Virus record (IMG/VR): IMGVR_UViG_3300047480_000598
Location: 98,336-162,335 of that record
Length of the DNA: 64,000 nucleotides
Strand: one strand, 5' to 3'
Origin: a virus
Part shown: positions 41,101-49,533 of the stretch, piece after piece
How positions within the stretch are numbered: position 1 is the first letter of the stretch
How the letters are laid out: each line of letters begins with the position of its first letter
The notes under the pieces: model-generated
What the model saw: only the letters and a program-made list of their open reading frames with translations
What the model was told of the DNA's origin: nothing
Database searches by the model: none
Translations under genes and position numbers: made by a program

Positions 41101-43744
41101 CGGAACGGTATTTTTAGTTGATGCACTTGCAATTGGAAGTAAATTAATAATTACATCACCTCTCACACCGATAAGAATAGATGATCCAAATTACGGTGGA
41201 GTAGATCCTATTGAAAATAGCAATGCAATTATGGAAACATTTTATGGTGACAATTTAACTGACACTATTGAAATTCCATCTGAATTAGTTGTTAGTGCAG
41301 GGGACAAATTTATCTTTAGAAAGAGTACTAGCGACGGTGCTATTAATCCTCAAGATTTTGATTATGATACAGCATTAAGCGGTGGAGACCTAGCATATAA
41401 TTCAGCAACAGGAATAGCAGCCGACGATATATTAGTAGACGGTGACGGATTTGTAACTCCTAATACCAGTCCGGCTACAGAAGAAGTTGTCCCCGGACAA
41501 GTAGTAGATGCAGTTGCAATTAAAGTATTTGATAGACCTAAAAACGGATCAGCAAATATTAAAGTCGACAACTATATCGGTGACGGGTTAACTACAGAAT
41601 TTGTTATTACACAACAGATAAACAGCAATCGAGCAGTTATTGTTAAGACCGAAACAGGAACAAGTGAAAAGTTAACAGATATACAAATTAACATATTTGA
41701 AGATGAATATACAATTGATTATGTTCAAAATAAGATTGTATTCAATGTTGCTCCTGCAGAAAATGCAGTAATTTCAATTACTAGTTTTGGATTTAACGGA
41801 TTAAATATTCTTGATATTGATTATGTAATTGCAGATGGATTTACATCTGAATTTGTTACATCTGCAAGATGGTCTAATAATGTTGTATCATTAATCTATC
41901 TTAACGGTATACAGGTTACAGGAACCGAAGTAGAGTTATTCCAAACATCGGATCCAAGTCCTAATAGAATTGGAATACGATTCTTAACTACACCGGTCGA
42001 AAATTCTTTAATAAATTATTTAATAGTCGACGGATCAGTACAAACATTCTCGGTTATGAATACTCAGCGTATTTTAGTTAATGGCTCCGATGAATATACC
42101 TTAGATTATATTGCGGGAACAAATAAACCTATAGAATCAAATATGATTGTAAGAGTAAACAACAAGATTTTAAAATCTCCAATGAATTGCTATTACACTA
42201 TTAAAAACAATAGATTAACATATAAGTTAGATACTATTAAGTTTGCTCCGTATTCAGTCTCAGTAGATGACATTATTGTAATAGCTGATCAAAATATTTT
42301 AGTTCAAAATGTTGATTATATAGTAGATGTTAAAGGAATTAACATCAAGTTAATTAAGAGTGTATATAACAAATATGCAGGAAAGAGTTTGATTATATCA
42401 ATTATAGCAGGGGCAGAATATGAATATATTTCCGATTCTCCTGCAAGAATTAAATTTAATAATTTATATAATAATAATGAAGTAGTTGAAGTAATTACTG
42501 CATATAATCATGATATTTTAGATGCTCAAAGAACTAGAGCAAAATATGTAGATCAGTTGTCGTTAACTCCTGATACAATTGAATATTTTAATTACTTAAA
42601 AGTTTCTACAGGCGTGATTCAGTTAGACCGCGCAGTGTTAGATGATAGCTTTGTTTGGGTAATTAAGAACGGTTCATTATTAACCCCGAGTGTAGATTTC
42701 AAATTAAATCCAAATAAATCGAGTATCACTCTTTCAAAAGAGCCAAATAATAACGATGAATATTCGATAATGACATTTGGGTCTAATGTATTAACGTCTG
42801 GTATTGCATATATGCAATTTAAGGATATGTTAAACAGATATCATTTTAAGAGATTGAGTAGAAACAAACAAACTATCTTAGTAAAAGATTTAAGATACAA
42901 CGATCTTGTTATTAAGGTAGAGGATGCATTATCGTTTGACTTACCAAATCCGACAAAAAACAAGCCGGGTGTAATCGAGATTCGAGGCGAGAGAATTGAA
43001 TATTTTAGCATAATTCAAGAAGAATTTACTGACGAAGATGGTACAAGAGAAATTTCAGTACTTGGAAAATTAAGAAGAGGAACGTTAGGAACAGGAGCTT
43101 CTAAGATTCACAGAAAAGGAGCTAAAGTGCAATGTATCGGTCCTAGTGAAACTTTACCGTACACCGAAATCGATATTATTGAAAAATCTTTATGCGACGG
43201 AAATTCAAATGTAGTAAATCTATCATTTACTCCGGCAAGAGCAACATTACCGGCTATAAGCATATCGAAGCTTTCTAGAACTGAAGAATTAGTGGAATGG
43301 GATTATCAAGATAGTACTTTTGAATCATTAATTCCGGCAGGGTATGGACAAGCTGATGAAATTGAAGTATTTGTTGGCGGAATTAGATTAAAAAAGAAGC
43401 CGTATATGCTTTATGATAGTTCAATACATCCTGAAAGTCCCGAAGGTGATGTTCAATTTGATGCAGAATTTTCTGTAAACGGAGTTACTAATGAAATTTT
43501 ATTAACTAAGCAGTACGATTTTGGAACACAAATTGTTGTGATAAAACGAACAGGTACTGATTGGGATTCTTTTGATAATATTCAATATTCCGATACAAAG
43601 ATTGCACAGTTCTTAAAAGCAACACCGGGTATATGGTATACAGCTATCGATAAATATGAAAGTAAATCAGATGAGACTGTTAGCACATTCGATAGCAGTG
43701 CAGGAACATTCGACAGCACAGATATAACATTCGATCAAGGATAA
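29159..43744 (+). CDS. Giant (~4,860 aa) multidomain baseplate/virion protein (gp7-like position)
   Basis: One uninterrupted ORF, likely starting MADSK at 29159 and overlapping the gp6 stop. It has CBM5/12-like, FG-GAP-like, GSGY and GDG.TT.F repeats. Confidence 0.8.
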   Translation: MADSKNNKNVKSSNFLPNFYKTDPNKKFLQATLDQLIQPGTVKKINGYIGRQNAKSTKVSDIFISEATKDREHYQLEPSLVVKDDLGNTTYFKDYSDYINQLDVFGGNVKNHSRINSQDFYSWDPHIDWDKFVNFQNYYWLPYGPEIINISGQQQNIETTYDVVIEKDPDSHAYLFSPKGSLGLVRNPTIKLYKGITYKFQFENIQDVFLIKTIRSGENLNEYTSENLTTRTLENGIVEIEFLIDHNTPGVLYYLSSTDIDVGGTFEILSITENTFLNVDQEILGKKTYILPNGTALSNGMKVRFVGNVEPESYSIGQYYVEGVGDSITLVDERILEVVSSYSDSQSILFDNTPFDSLPFNDATEFAGTPDYIVINRSSIDRNQWSRYNRWFHKDVIEESAVYNGQIPNLSQTSRAVRPIIEFEANLKLFNFGIQATLDIDLIDDYTTDVFSNIEGQLGYNIDGIQLAQNQKILFVADNDILVKNKIFQVEFLTLNGTRQIHLNLIATPSDMDVALIRNGKTNQGKMYWFDGATWIQGQQKTELNQAPLFDLINSNKEFLSDSDVYDGSTFAGTKIFSYKAGSGNIDSNLGFALSYKNIENIGDIVFNFNLETDTFQYKDIVNLKTLKVNTAYLIKTINNKSTYVNGWQTASVSNIQPGVRIYKDSKIINASNIVKGNTYTIIELGDTEFTDLGSVNNYIGTTFVASKTGSGTGKVINKTFELDLFEDINNLADLVLRVYVNGIRVDQYTSKTGPANWSIEDGVGYKKINFNYDIKGDDVITFKAFSSQPINNNGYYEIPINLQNNPLNDSIQELTLGEVIDHVTSIAENLSGFIGFTPGSNNIRDLGNVTKYGTKFVQHTGPLGLSMYHITSETNNIIKALEKSRDDYNRFKRNFLTVAETLGIDADSITLVDLILQKINKDKPDTFPYYFSDMVPYGANVRNEYQILDYRIKTYPLTEIFNLNELSNKAVLIYYIDRELDTTTQLVYGRDYSFDSQGFVVISSELKNDDTIVIYEYDSTHGSFVPATPTKLGLWPKYQPMIYTDTTLLTPRVMIQGHDGSQILAYNDYRDELILELEKRIFNNIKVSYDQTIFDINDVIPQYHRSSLYSLKEFNETLAPSFYKWTSLIDRDFSKPLSYDRQDPKTFNYRGQAAPDGREVPGYWKGIYLWILGTDRPNLCPWEMLGIYEKPTWWEDLYGPAPYTSDNLILWNDLSNGIIRGTSAVPTISEKYKRPYLIDHIPVDGHGNIISPIESGLALGIITQATSGDFVFGDVSPVESAWRRSSFYPYSVILTSMLLYPAKTFGLLLDRSRIIRNLAGQLIYKDTGVRVNAKDIMLPSIYSSSSTVYTSGIINYLVDYILSDNLKSYNVYRYELKNLTTNMSYRIGGFTSKEKFKLLLDSKTPLSSGSVFIPSEDYDIILNLSSAIKKITYSAVIVTKLEDGYELKGYSRTQPYFKYYPWYNSGYNVNVGGISNSYFIWTPGEKYRSGNIVKYNNSFYRVTTPHIAKEEIDLQYCELLPSLPYVGGSDAIFRTKWDRDEEIIFPYGTKLKTVQEVVDFLLGYGEWLKDQGFVFDEFNKSLNAVTNWETSAKEFMFWTTQNWSTGQDKWQDWLPNNSYKYMEIVKYNGDYYKAIRTTDPSPIFNDDEFVKLDGLSTIGSSVLALSPAANSIVFSTQLSVVDDIRNSFNGYEIFTVDGLPLAPSFINSYRDDNLVTYIPKENNGIYCATFYLKQQEQVVILNNNTMFNDTIYNPVSGYRQEKIKVAGYKTTSWNGSFNAPGFIFDRAIIQEWELWNDYNLGDIVKYKEFYYSAKTFLPGVATFNPNNWIKLDEKPSSRLIPNWSYKASQFEDFYSLDSDNFDIDQQTVAQHLVGYQKRQYLSNIIKDDVSEFKFYQGMITEKGTHNSLNKLFDVLSADNQESIDFYEEWAVRTGNYGAINAFNTIEFVLDESLFRTNPQNLELSENVSQSNIADLVIRQGVNDVYLKPIGYNSNPWPIRTSNSTYLRTPGFVRTSDVQFIFRKLEDLLCLDEWSLDVLYNYKDTVNYDGKRYVSLTTNRGSVPSIEQSNWEEFTIQQFKNRDYIWCGFENTSWDVYRFTPKDVSIIDVTLIGTTATIQLDRLVSYNEGDIIGIYGSEIEGFYKIDSVSLDTFNITLQATTLPDTISVTSIIIVGLDQQKLDTIDDLNETIESFEENDLIWTLDSGDGKWATWKRNSVYESNDILNPSPQEVEIDSVSTIVTYGRKLALNHRSDVLAVSNSLGEIVILNKLSPNTPWIQKQTVVPPFISKKVGFVYPTEDSETGDVIGLSNNDLWLVTGTPTASNVCTNYVGQWNISVEYVTNNIVKSDGVYYRAKSNVPVGNSPEENTSYWKKLYYLPIEQSGTNSAFTQQGVITIYRRDANKLYTVLDTIASPNLASNEKFGTNVSIKENELFVSAIGHSTNKGIVYRYSYIDRVEASAYYNPVNSGGSTITVSSTENIEVGMKLKGTGFDPTYVVVQIIDSTTLLLNQEPSDTPSGLIEFYYTLWGFTQALEFPLTTTTNDSFGYAIDLSNDLSTLVISSINNTNVGKVFVYNKVNDIFVLAQTISTSTNDRFGNSLALSDDAMYLAASSTEYDGLSLKQGLVSIYSRETGVYVKEQNIVDTNPKERLPEFFGSKVFFMNDSKTLVIYSSKADVYVPTTYDTYSVTFDEFEFIDETHTPSTYQTSTYVNDPNSPKIDSPTTFDNELTRFTKSSKYDSGRIDVYDRYATKWVFSESINQNLDEIDNFGEGIAVGSNCILASAPNAIDKNIRSGKVFEYAKRNNDYTWKKVHYQESSVDVTKIKRAFLYNKSTNQLVKYLDVLDPAQGKIPGIADQEIRFKTFYDPAIYSTGTLDVTVDEGISWNKSKVGQLWWDLRTAKFIDSYSNDSIYKNSNWNRLFPGASIDIYEWVETTLLPSEWDELADTDAGITDAISGQSLYGDLAYSSIKTYDKISRSYTTTYYYWVKNKKTVPNIRSRSLSAEDVANLIENPRGEGYSYIGFTGSNSLSISNVKSLLRNKDIILSVDYWTVDNIKQNIHSEWKVISTDIRTTLPKQIEEKWYDSLCGKDHNGREVPDMTLPLKVRYGIENRPRQGMFINRFEVLKQIIEETNRTLLKYQIAKDRDLSKLETYDVIPSPVQGFYDIVLDTDSELRFAGAGAFFEPELTPVIVNGKIVSVTISDSGSGFGRLSPVEYDINGNAVLWDGPLVVVNGSGVDAEIKTFVNSRGQISLVEIISSGYGYLDVPNTTISIRSFSALVTNDSQNAGGWSIYAYDLTTKLWSRIKAQSYDTRTYWEYIDWFEEGYNQFVSFDHAIDTFSELNSLETSIGDIVKIRRTGDNKWILLEKYNTSDSSDWTQSYRTVGLQEGTIQFKSSIYKYIDSIYGYDGSLYDTQGFDDYAAIEIRYILEALRDNIFIDNLKEQYLNLFFTSIRYLLSEQLYVDWIFKTSFVKARHNVGELKEKVTYNNDNLSDFEAYVAEVKPYRTQIREYISSYNKLDNSYTAFTDFDLPSVYENGKLEPVNVEVINGEIVSNTNQILTYPWKFWYDNAGFKVTEIKIVDGGSGYLSAPTLTFNSLSGSGAVAKAYITQGKVNRVILISSGEGYLSAPTIEVNGSLEDGGTPAKIVAIIGDSVVRSNHLKMKFDRITNSYYLTSLQQTETFTGTGSRLQYPLTWAPDIRIGKSTVLVNGIEELRENYRLSIVKSTSRGYTSYSGSIIFETPPTSGSSISVTYLKDWSILNAADRIQYYYNPTEGQLGKDLAQLMTGVDYGGVVINGMGFDVSFGWDSVPYYSGKWDSYDGSFDDYIETVSADKHIFTLPYIPDQGVEINVYYSTLKTFITDITSENNNTTVFSYDPVVVYPPKVSVTKTAITNVINYKGFTQFTVVDSTGIKIDDVISTDPVLVDGDLQNPFGFGTKVIDIVGNVLILSQIFYIDIPSGRTITFTRELIDPTDCTINQNGTVFLVDALAIGSKLIITSPLTPIRIDDPNYGGVDPIENSNAIMETFYGDNLTDTIEIPSELVVSAGDKFIFRKSTSDGAINPQDFDYDTALSGGDLAYNSATGIAADDILVDGDGFVTPNTSPATEEVVPGQVVDAVAIKVFDRPKNGSANIKVDNYIGDGLTTEFVITQQINSNRAVIVKTETGTSEKLTDIQINIFEDEYTIDYVQNKIVFNVAPAENAVISITSFGFNGLNILDIDYVIADGFTSEFVTSARWSNNVVSLIYLNGIQVTGTEVELFQTSDPSPNRIGIRFLTTPVENSLINYLIVDGSVQTFSVMNTQRILVNGSDEYTLDYIAGTNKPIESNMIVRVNNKILKSPMNCYYTIKNNRLTYKLDTIKFAPYSVSVDDIIVIADQNILVQNVDYIVDVKGINIKLIKSVYNKYAGKSLIISIIAGAEYEYISDSPARIKFNNLYNNNEVVEVITAYNHDILDAQRTRAKYVDQLSLTPDTIEYFNYLKVSTGVIQLDRAVLDDSFVWVIKNGSLLTPSVDFKLNPNKSSITLSKEPNNNDEYSIMTFGSNVLTSGIAYMQFKDMLNRYHFKRLSRNKQTILVKDLRYNDLVIKVEDALSFDLPNPTKNKPGVIEIRGERIEYFSIIQEEFTDEDGTREISVLGKLRRGTLGTGASKIHRKGAKVQCIGPSETLPYTEIDIIEKSLCDGNSNVVNLSFTPARATLPAISISKLSRTEELVEWDYQDSTFESLIPAGYGQADEIEVFVGGIRLKKKPYMLYDSSIHPESPEGDVQFDAEFSVNGVTNEILLTKQYDFGTQIVVIKRTGTDWDSFDNIQYSDTKIAQFLKATPGIWYTAIDKYESKSDETVSTFDSSAGTFDSTDITFDQG

Positions 43745-43748
43745 TAAT

Positions 43749-44966
43749 ATGAAAGAAACAATTAATATAGGAGAATCTGTAAACGACGGCACAGGTGATA
43801 CATTACGATCCGGTGCTGTTAAAATTAATCAAAATTTTACAGAACTATATAATCGAACAGAATCGATGATAACCGGAATATACGACGGTGAAGGGATACT
43901 AGTTACTCAATCGTTTGGACAAATAACAATTACAAATAATCTTCCAAATAGAGGGTCGTTTAATAGTGTCGAAGTTGCAGGTCAACAAGCAATAGAAACA
44001 AGCCAATTAACAGATACGTTAACACTTGTAGCAGGGCAAAATATTCAGTTACTTACAAATCCAGTATCTAAAAGTGTTACAATTTCTGTCGAAAGTTTAC
44101 AAGATCAAGTATTTGATGGTGATTTTACAGGATCATTTACTGGTGATTTAACTGGCAACCTTAATTCAAGTAGAGTTAGGATACTTGGGAACGAAGAAGC
44201 AGCACAAAGTTATTATGATTCGTTAATTTCTCAACAATCGATATTAGCAAATCAAATTATTATACTACAAGGATCTCTAGAGAGTTATCAATTACAAAAA
44301 CAAGAATTATTAGACGATCAAGCATATTGGAATTCGCAACCTGAAAGTTCACAGAAGACAGCAGCATTACTAAGTATCTCGGGTCAGTTAATATCAGTAC
44401 AAGCACAAATTGACGGAGCAACTCTTGAGTTATCAAATAAAGAAACCGAACAAGATCTTTTAACAGCGACGATTAACGATTTTTCTCCGACATTAACTAC
44501 ACCTTATACTGATATTCTTTATAATGCAGTTAACTTGAACTGTTCGATAAGTAGAGAACTTGATCTTCCTAGTCTAACAGTAGATAATTTTACATTTGAC
44601 GACACCGGTATTCTTTACAGTAATTTACATACTTGGGCTAAACCTCAAACAAGCACAGTATTACAGTCAGCAACATCGGTTATATTTTCGTCAGTTGGCG
44701 CAAATTCGCAAACTTTAAAATTATTGGTACTTGCTAAATGCGGAGGAGAAGTTCAATCTTGTGAAATTATAGTATCTAGAAGTAATAGCAATGTAGTAAC
44801 ATGCTCGGTATACGGAATTGTGTACACAGGATTAGCATCGTTATGTGAGTTTAATGCACAGTGGAATTCAAATACAAGTCAAATAGATGTATTAGCAACA
44901 AATTTAAGTTCGACTACAACTGCATACTTTACTGTAAAAGCAGATGAATTATCGAGCACCAATTAA
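43749..44966 (+). CDS. Baseplate/fibre connector (gp9/gp10-like N-terminus)
   Basis: INIGESVNDGTGDTLRSGAVKINQNFTELY N-terminal motif; central coiled coil. Confidence 0.65.
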   Translation: MKETINIGESVNDGTGDTLRSGAVKINQNFTELYNRTESMITGIYDGEGILVTQSFGQITITNNLPNRGSFNSVEVAGQQAIETSQLTDTLTLVAGQNIQLLTNPVSKSVTISVESLQDQVFDGDFTGSFTGDLTGNLNSSRVRILGNEEAAQSYYDSLISQQSILANQIIILQGSLESYQLQKQELLDDQAYWNSQPESSQKTAALLSISGQLISVQAQIDGATLELSNKETEQDLLTATINDFSPTLTTPYTDILYNAVNLNCSISRELDLPSLTVDNFTFDDTGILYSNLHTWAKPQTSTVLQSATSVIFSSVGANSQTLKLLVLAKCGGEVQSCEIIVSRSNSNVVTCSVYGIVYTGLASLCEFNAQWNSNTSQIDVLATNLSSTTTAYFTVKADELSSTN

Positions 44967-45014
44967 CTTAGCATATAATTCATATAGATAAATATTGAAT
45001 AAAGAGAGAGTATT

Positions 45015-45623
45015 ATGCAAATTAATGATCTAACCGGGTTCCACATAGAAGGTCATATACATATTCATGATCCAGTTGAAAAAGTTACCTTTGTAAACAA
45101 AAGAAATGCAATTCACTATGAAAACATGAGTATTGCAATGGCACAAAGTATTGCAAATAGTGGACAAGGATTTATATATGAATTAGCATTAGGGAACGGC
45201 GGAACCGCAATAGATCCGACAGGAATTATTACATATTTGACTCCAAATAGTTCAGGTTCAAATTCTAGTTTATATAACGAAACTTATAAAAAAATTGTCG
45301 ATGATCGATCTGATAATAATGTTGATCCGACTAGAAATTTTATCGAAACACGACATGTAACTGGAACAACATATACTGATGTATTTGTAACTTGTTTATT
45401 AGACTACGGCGAACCAACAGGCCAGTTAGCATTTGATAACTCAACAAATAACGATGCAGCTTATATTTTTGATGAACTAGGTCTTAAGTCCTATAGTACA
45501 ACTGGAAATCAACTATTACTAACTCATGTAATTTTTCATCCAGTTCAAAAGTCGTTAAACAGATTAATTCAAATAGATTATACTGTTAGAATTCAAAGTT
45601 TAACAGGATTGGCAGGAGTATAA
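45015..45623 (+). CDS. Baseplate/fibre-attachment protein
   Basis: 202 aa with ALGNGG, FDELGL and HPVQKSLNRLIQIDYTVRI; late-type GATAAATA upstream. Confidence 0.6.
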   Translation: MQINDLTGFHIEGHIHIHDPVEKVTFVNKRNAIHYENMSIAMAQSIANSGQGFIYELALGNGGTAIDPTGIITYLTPNSSGSNSSLYNETYKKIVDDRSDNNVDPTRNFIETRHVTGTTYTDVFVTCLLDYGEPTGQLAFDNSTNNDAAYIFDELGLKSYSTTGNQLLLTHVIFHPVQKSLNRLIQIDYTVRIQSLTGLAGV

Positions 45624-45624
45624 T

Positions 45625-47784
45625 ATGACATATCAAGTCAAATTTACTGAAACATCTAATCCGTCGAAACCGTCACTAACTGTTGACGATCAACAACTAA
45701 ACACACAGACAAGTTTAAGATTCGTGGGTAAAAATTATCCGGGATATGGACAGCCGATAGCTGAAAATTTTTTACACTTATTAGAAAATTTTGCTAATAA
45801 CGAATCACCGGCAAATCCAGTAGAAGGTCAACTCTGGTATGATAATGGAACAAACATATTAAGAGTCTTTGATGGAACAGAGTGGGCTCCGACGGGATCG
45901 ATTAAAAAATCTAATACAGCACCGACATTAACAAATACAACCGGTGATATATGGGTTGATACACTAAAGAAACAGTTATATATTTCGTCAGGATCGACAT
46001 GGTTGCTTGTAGGACCTCAATATAGTAACGGTATTAAAACAGGGCCAGAGACAGAAACAATCACTGATACTGACAATGTTGATCATTTAGTAACAACACT
46101 TTTTGCAGAAAATGAAAGAATTGCAATTGTAAGTAAATCCGCTTTTACTCCAAAGACAACACTTATCGGATTTCCTGCTATCAACCAAGGACTTAATTTA
46201 AGCAAGGTTGATTCAGCAAGTGCAACAAATCCGTCGAAGTTTTGGGGACGTTCAAGCGAGGCAGATGCATTAAATGTTAATGGATCTACAATTGATGCTA
46301 GTAACTTTTTAAGAAGTGATATCACAAGTACTACTAACAATCAGTTTAATATTCGATCAAAAAATGGAATATCAATAGGTGCTGATTTATCTTTCAGTAT
46401 AAGCACTGATACATCTACATTATTTTATTCTAAAAGTAGCGGTAAAAATATCAATGTTCGCGTGAATCACGCGGGTGATGCTGAGTTAAACCCAGGAGAA
46501 TACATTGCACTATCGATTGGGTCAAATACAAAAATTGGAATTGGTCCGGATAATGTAAATCCTCTTGCTACACTTGATGTTAAGGGAGATTTTAGATCTT
46601 CGGGTAATATTTACGTAACAAATACCGGAAGTTCTGCGAATGGAACATACCTAGGGGACGAAAATAACAGTATTGCCACTGAAGGTAGTTTATCAATTAA
46701 TGGTAAATCGTTCTTAGGAGATAGTGTTGTTACATATGGTCCGATTACTCTTAATAAATTACAAGATTTACATAGTGGTAGTCCAATAATTGGAACTAGT
46801 GTTATTGTGCCCGGTGCAACGAATAGTTACGATATAGGTTCATCAAGTCTTAGATTTAGAAATATTTGGGCAAGTACCATAATCGGTAATGTTCAAGGAA
46901 CTTTTTCAGGACCTCTATCCGGTACAGCCGACATTGCAAAAAAATTAGAAAATGCAACAACTTTTAGAATTCGAGGCGATGTCACTTCTTCCCCTGATAT
47001 ACAATTCGACGGCGAAACGACCGACGGCACAGTTACTTTTAACACTATTATCGGTGCTGATATTATTAATGCTAAGACCGAAGTGTTTGACACATATGAT
47101 AGCGATACGTTAATTGTATACAGAGGTGGGAACGTTAGTCCGGGTCTTAAAAAGACAACAAAAGCATCTTTTATTGCAAATATACCGACAGTACCGGTTG
47201 GTGCAATATTTCCGTTTGCCGGTCCGACACCTCCGTCTGGATACTTACTATGTGACGGTAGTGAAGTTAGTATATCGAGATATATTAAATTATTCGAAGT
47301 TATCGGTTATGCATATAAACCATCTAGTAACATGTCGGGACAAGCAGCATTTGCATTACCTGATTTGAGAGGTAGATTTGCATTAGGCCGTGACAATATG
47401 GACAATGAAAAAACCATTCCTGATAAAAACTCTCCAGAAGTATTAATAGATGCAGGCGGCGGATCTTCAAACCGTGTTACTTCGGCAGTAGCTGACTCGT
47501 TAGGAAGTGGTTCTGGATCTGAGCAAACTACAATACAACTTAATAACTTACCGGAACACAAACACAATATGAGCAGTTCGTCGGCTCAATATTATGCAGC
47601 CGGTGTCCCAGGAACAACAGACATCAATGCCTTACCAGGAAGAGGATTGCCAACAGGCACTATTGACGGATACGGATTACCAAATAGTGGAGGGGTGATA
47701 TCAACAAGTCTATCACAGCCTCTAAACATTATGAATCCTTATTTAACTATTAACTACATAATTTATACTGGGGTTGCAGAATGA
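45625..47784 (+). CDS. Tail fibre with tail-collar domain
   Basis: VPVGAIFPFAG...GYLLCDGSEV...FALPDLRGRF collar motif; C-terminal PYLTINYII. Confidence 0.85.
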   Translation: MTYQVKFTETSNPSKPSLTVDDQQLNTQTSLRFVGKNYPGYGQPIAENFLHLLENFANNESPANPVEGQLWYDNGTNILRVFDGTEWAPTGSIKKSNTAPTLTNTTGDIWVDTLKKQLYISSGSTWLLVGPQYSNGIKTGPETETITDTDNVDHLVTTLFAENERIAIVSKSAFTPKTTLIGFPAINQGLNLSKVDSASATNPSKFWGRSSEADALNVNGSTIDASNFLRSDITSTTNNQFNIRSKNGISIGADLSFSISTDTSTLFYSKSSGKNINVRVNHAGDAELNPGEYIALSIGSNTKIGIGPDNVNPLATLDVKGDFRSSGNIYVTNTGSSANGTYLGDENNSIATEGSLSINGKSFLGDSVVTYGPITLNKLQDLHSGSPIIGTSVIVPGATNSYDIGSSSLRFRNIWASTIIGNVQGTFSGPLSGTADIAKKLENATTFRIRGDVTSSPDIQFDGETTDGTVTFNTIIGADIINAKTEVFDTYDSDTLIVYRGGNVSPGLKKTTKASFIANIPTVPVGAIFPFAGPTPPSGYLLCDGSEVSISRYIKLFEVIGYAYKPSSNMSGQAAFALPDLRGRFALGRDNMDNEKTIPDKNSPEVLIDAGGGSSNRVTSAVADSLGSGSGSEQTTIQLNNLPEHKHNMSSSSAQYYAAGVPGTTDINALPGRGLPTGTIDGYGLPNSGGVISTSLSQPLNIMNPYLTINYIIYTGVAE

Positions 47785-49496
47785 GCTATATTATAAACAA
47801 AACCGACGGGAGTGTACTAGTTGAAGTTGTTGATGGTACAATTAATCAAACAGCAACTGATATTACATTAATAGGTAAAAACTCTAGCTCTTACGGAGAG
47901 TTTATTAACGAAAATTTAGTTCATATTTTAGAAAATTTTGCAGATTCAATTAGCCCAGCTAATCCAATTATTGGACAAATTTGGTACGATATTGGGGAAG
48001 GAAGATTAAAAGTATATGACGGTTCGACTTTTAAGGTATCAGGAGGCACTATTGTTTCTGGAACACTGCCTACCTCGTTTACACAAGGCGACATATGGAT
48101 TGATAGTACTAAAAAACAAGTTCATTTTTATGACGGCGAGAGTAGAATTTTAGCAGGACCTATATATTCATCCACTCAGGGAGTCTCGGGGTTTGTAGCC
48201 GAGGATGTATTCGACACTAATCAACTATTACACACTATTGTTTTATTATATGTATCGGAAGTATTAATAGGAATTTATAGTAAAGATCAATTTATTCCTG
48301 CATCACCTATTGCAGGATATTCTACATCTTTAACACCAAAACAAATTAATGTAGGATTTAATGTAGGCACTTATAGTGGCATAAGTTATGACGTGCCGGT
48401 TACAAAGGCATCGGCTCTGATTGCAGGTGACGACTCATTAAGAACTGCTGAAAGCTTCTTATCAGCATTTGAAGATACATTTGCTAGCGGATCTATTACT
48501 ATTCAAAATAGTGTACCTTTAGTTTTAGGACCAACTCAAAATTTAGAAGTTAACATTACAACAGGAAGTGTGCGAATAAATTCAACTATTAGTGATCAAA
48601 ATTTTTCGATCAATATGTTGAATTCGTTAGGCACAAAGCCGTCGATATTTATTGATGCATATAACGAACATATTGGTTTATACACTGAAACACCGACTGA
48701 TACATTAGATGTTAACGGGGGAGTAAGAATACGTGGAAATTTAACAGTTGAAGGATCATCTACTACGATTAATACAACTAACATCTACATTGAAGATTTA
48801 GTATTCGAAATAGGCAAAGTAGACACCCCAACTGATAGTACTGCTAATGGAGGGGGTATTTCTCTACAGGCCGGTTTAGATGGGAATAAAACATGGTTAT
48901 GGCAGCAATCGACTACAGCATGGACTTCGTCTGAAAACATCGATTTATTATCTGGTAAGGCGTTTCATATTGACGGATCTCAAGTTTTAAGTGAAACTGC
49001 ATTAGGTATATCGGTAGTATCTGCGCCTGGGTTGCATAGTATAGGAGAACTAGGATCGTTAGTTGCAGCAAAATTAGTTATAACTCATGATGATATGAAT
49101 AATATCTCAATAGTTACATATACTAACCCTTCAAGCGCAACTGGAACAATAACATTAGCACCGAAAGGTAGCGGAACAGTTGATGTTAGTAGTAAAAGAA
49201 TTACTAGCGTATCGGACCCTGTAAGCAGTACTGATGCAGTTAATTATCAAACACTAACCTCAGAAGTAAGAACAAAACAAGTAGCATTTTATGCAGATAC
49301 AACAGGACTAAGCACTACATTAATAGGATCAAAAATTTTAGACATTGTGTATCCGTCAGATTATGTTGATGATGATACAATATGTCGAATTTACTGCGTC
49401 GATTCTGCTATAGCACCACAAGGGTATATCGTCAGAGAATATCAAATGGTTAGCGGAATATGGTCTCATGTACTCGACCTTCCTTATCCAAGTTAA
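47781..49496 (+). CDS. Tail fibre protein (paralog)
   Basis: Shares the N-terminal LIGKN...YG...ENF...LENFA...P..GQ.WYD module with its neighbours. Confidence 0.75.
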   Translation: MSYIINKTDGSVLVEVVDGTINQTATDITLIGKNSSSYGEFINENLVHILENFADSISPANPIIGQIWYDIGEGRLKVYDGSTFKVSGGTIVSGTLPTSFTQGDIWIDSTKKQVHFYDGESRILAGPIYSSTQGVSGFVAEDVFDTNQLLHTIVLLYVSEVLIGIYSKDQFIPASPIAGYSTSLTPKQINVGFNVGTYSGISYDVPVTKASALIAGDDSLRTAESFLSAFEDTFASGSITIQNSVPLVLGPTQNLEVNITTGSVRINSTISDQNFSINMLNSLGTKPSIFIDAYNEHIGLYTETPTDTLDVNGGVRIRGNLTVEGSSTTINTTNIYIEDLVFEIGKVDTPTDSTANGGGISLQAGLDGNKTWLWQQSTTAWTSSENIDLLSGKAFHIDGSQVLSETALGISVVSAPGLHSIGELGSLVAAKLVITHDDMNNISIVTYTNPSSATGTITLAPKGSGTVDVSSKRITSVSDPVSSTDAVNYQTLTSEVRTKQVAFYADTTGLSTTLIGSKILDIVYPSDYVDDDTICRIYCVDSAIAPQGYIVREYQMVSGIWSHVLDLPYPS

Positions 49497-49533
49497 TAGG
49501 AATAAATACATAAAGATTTAAGAGATTTATAAC

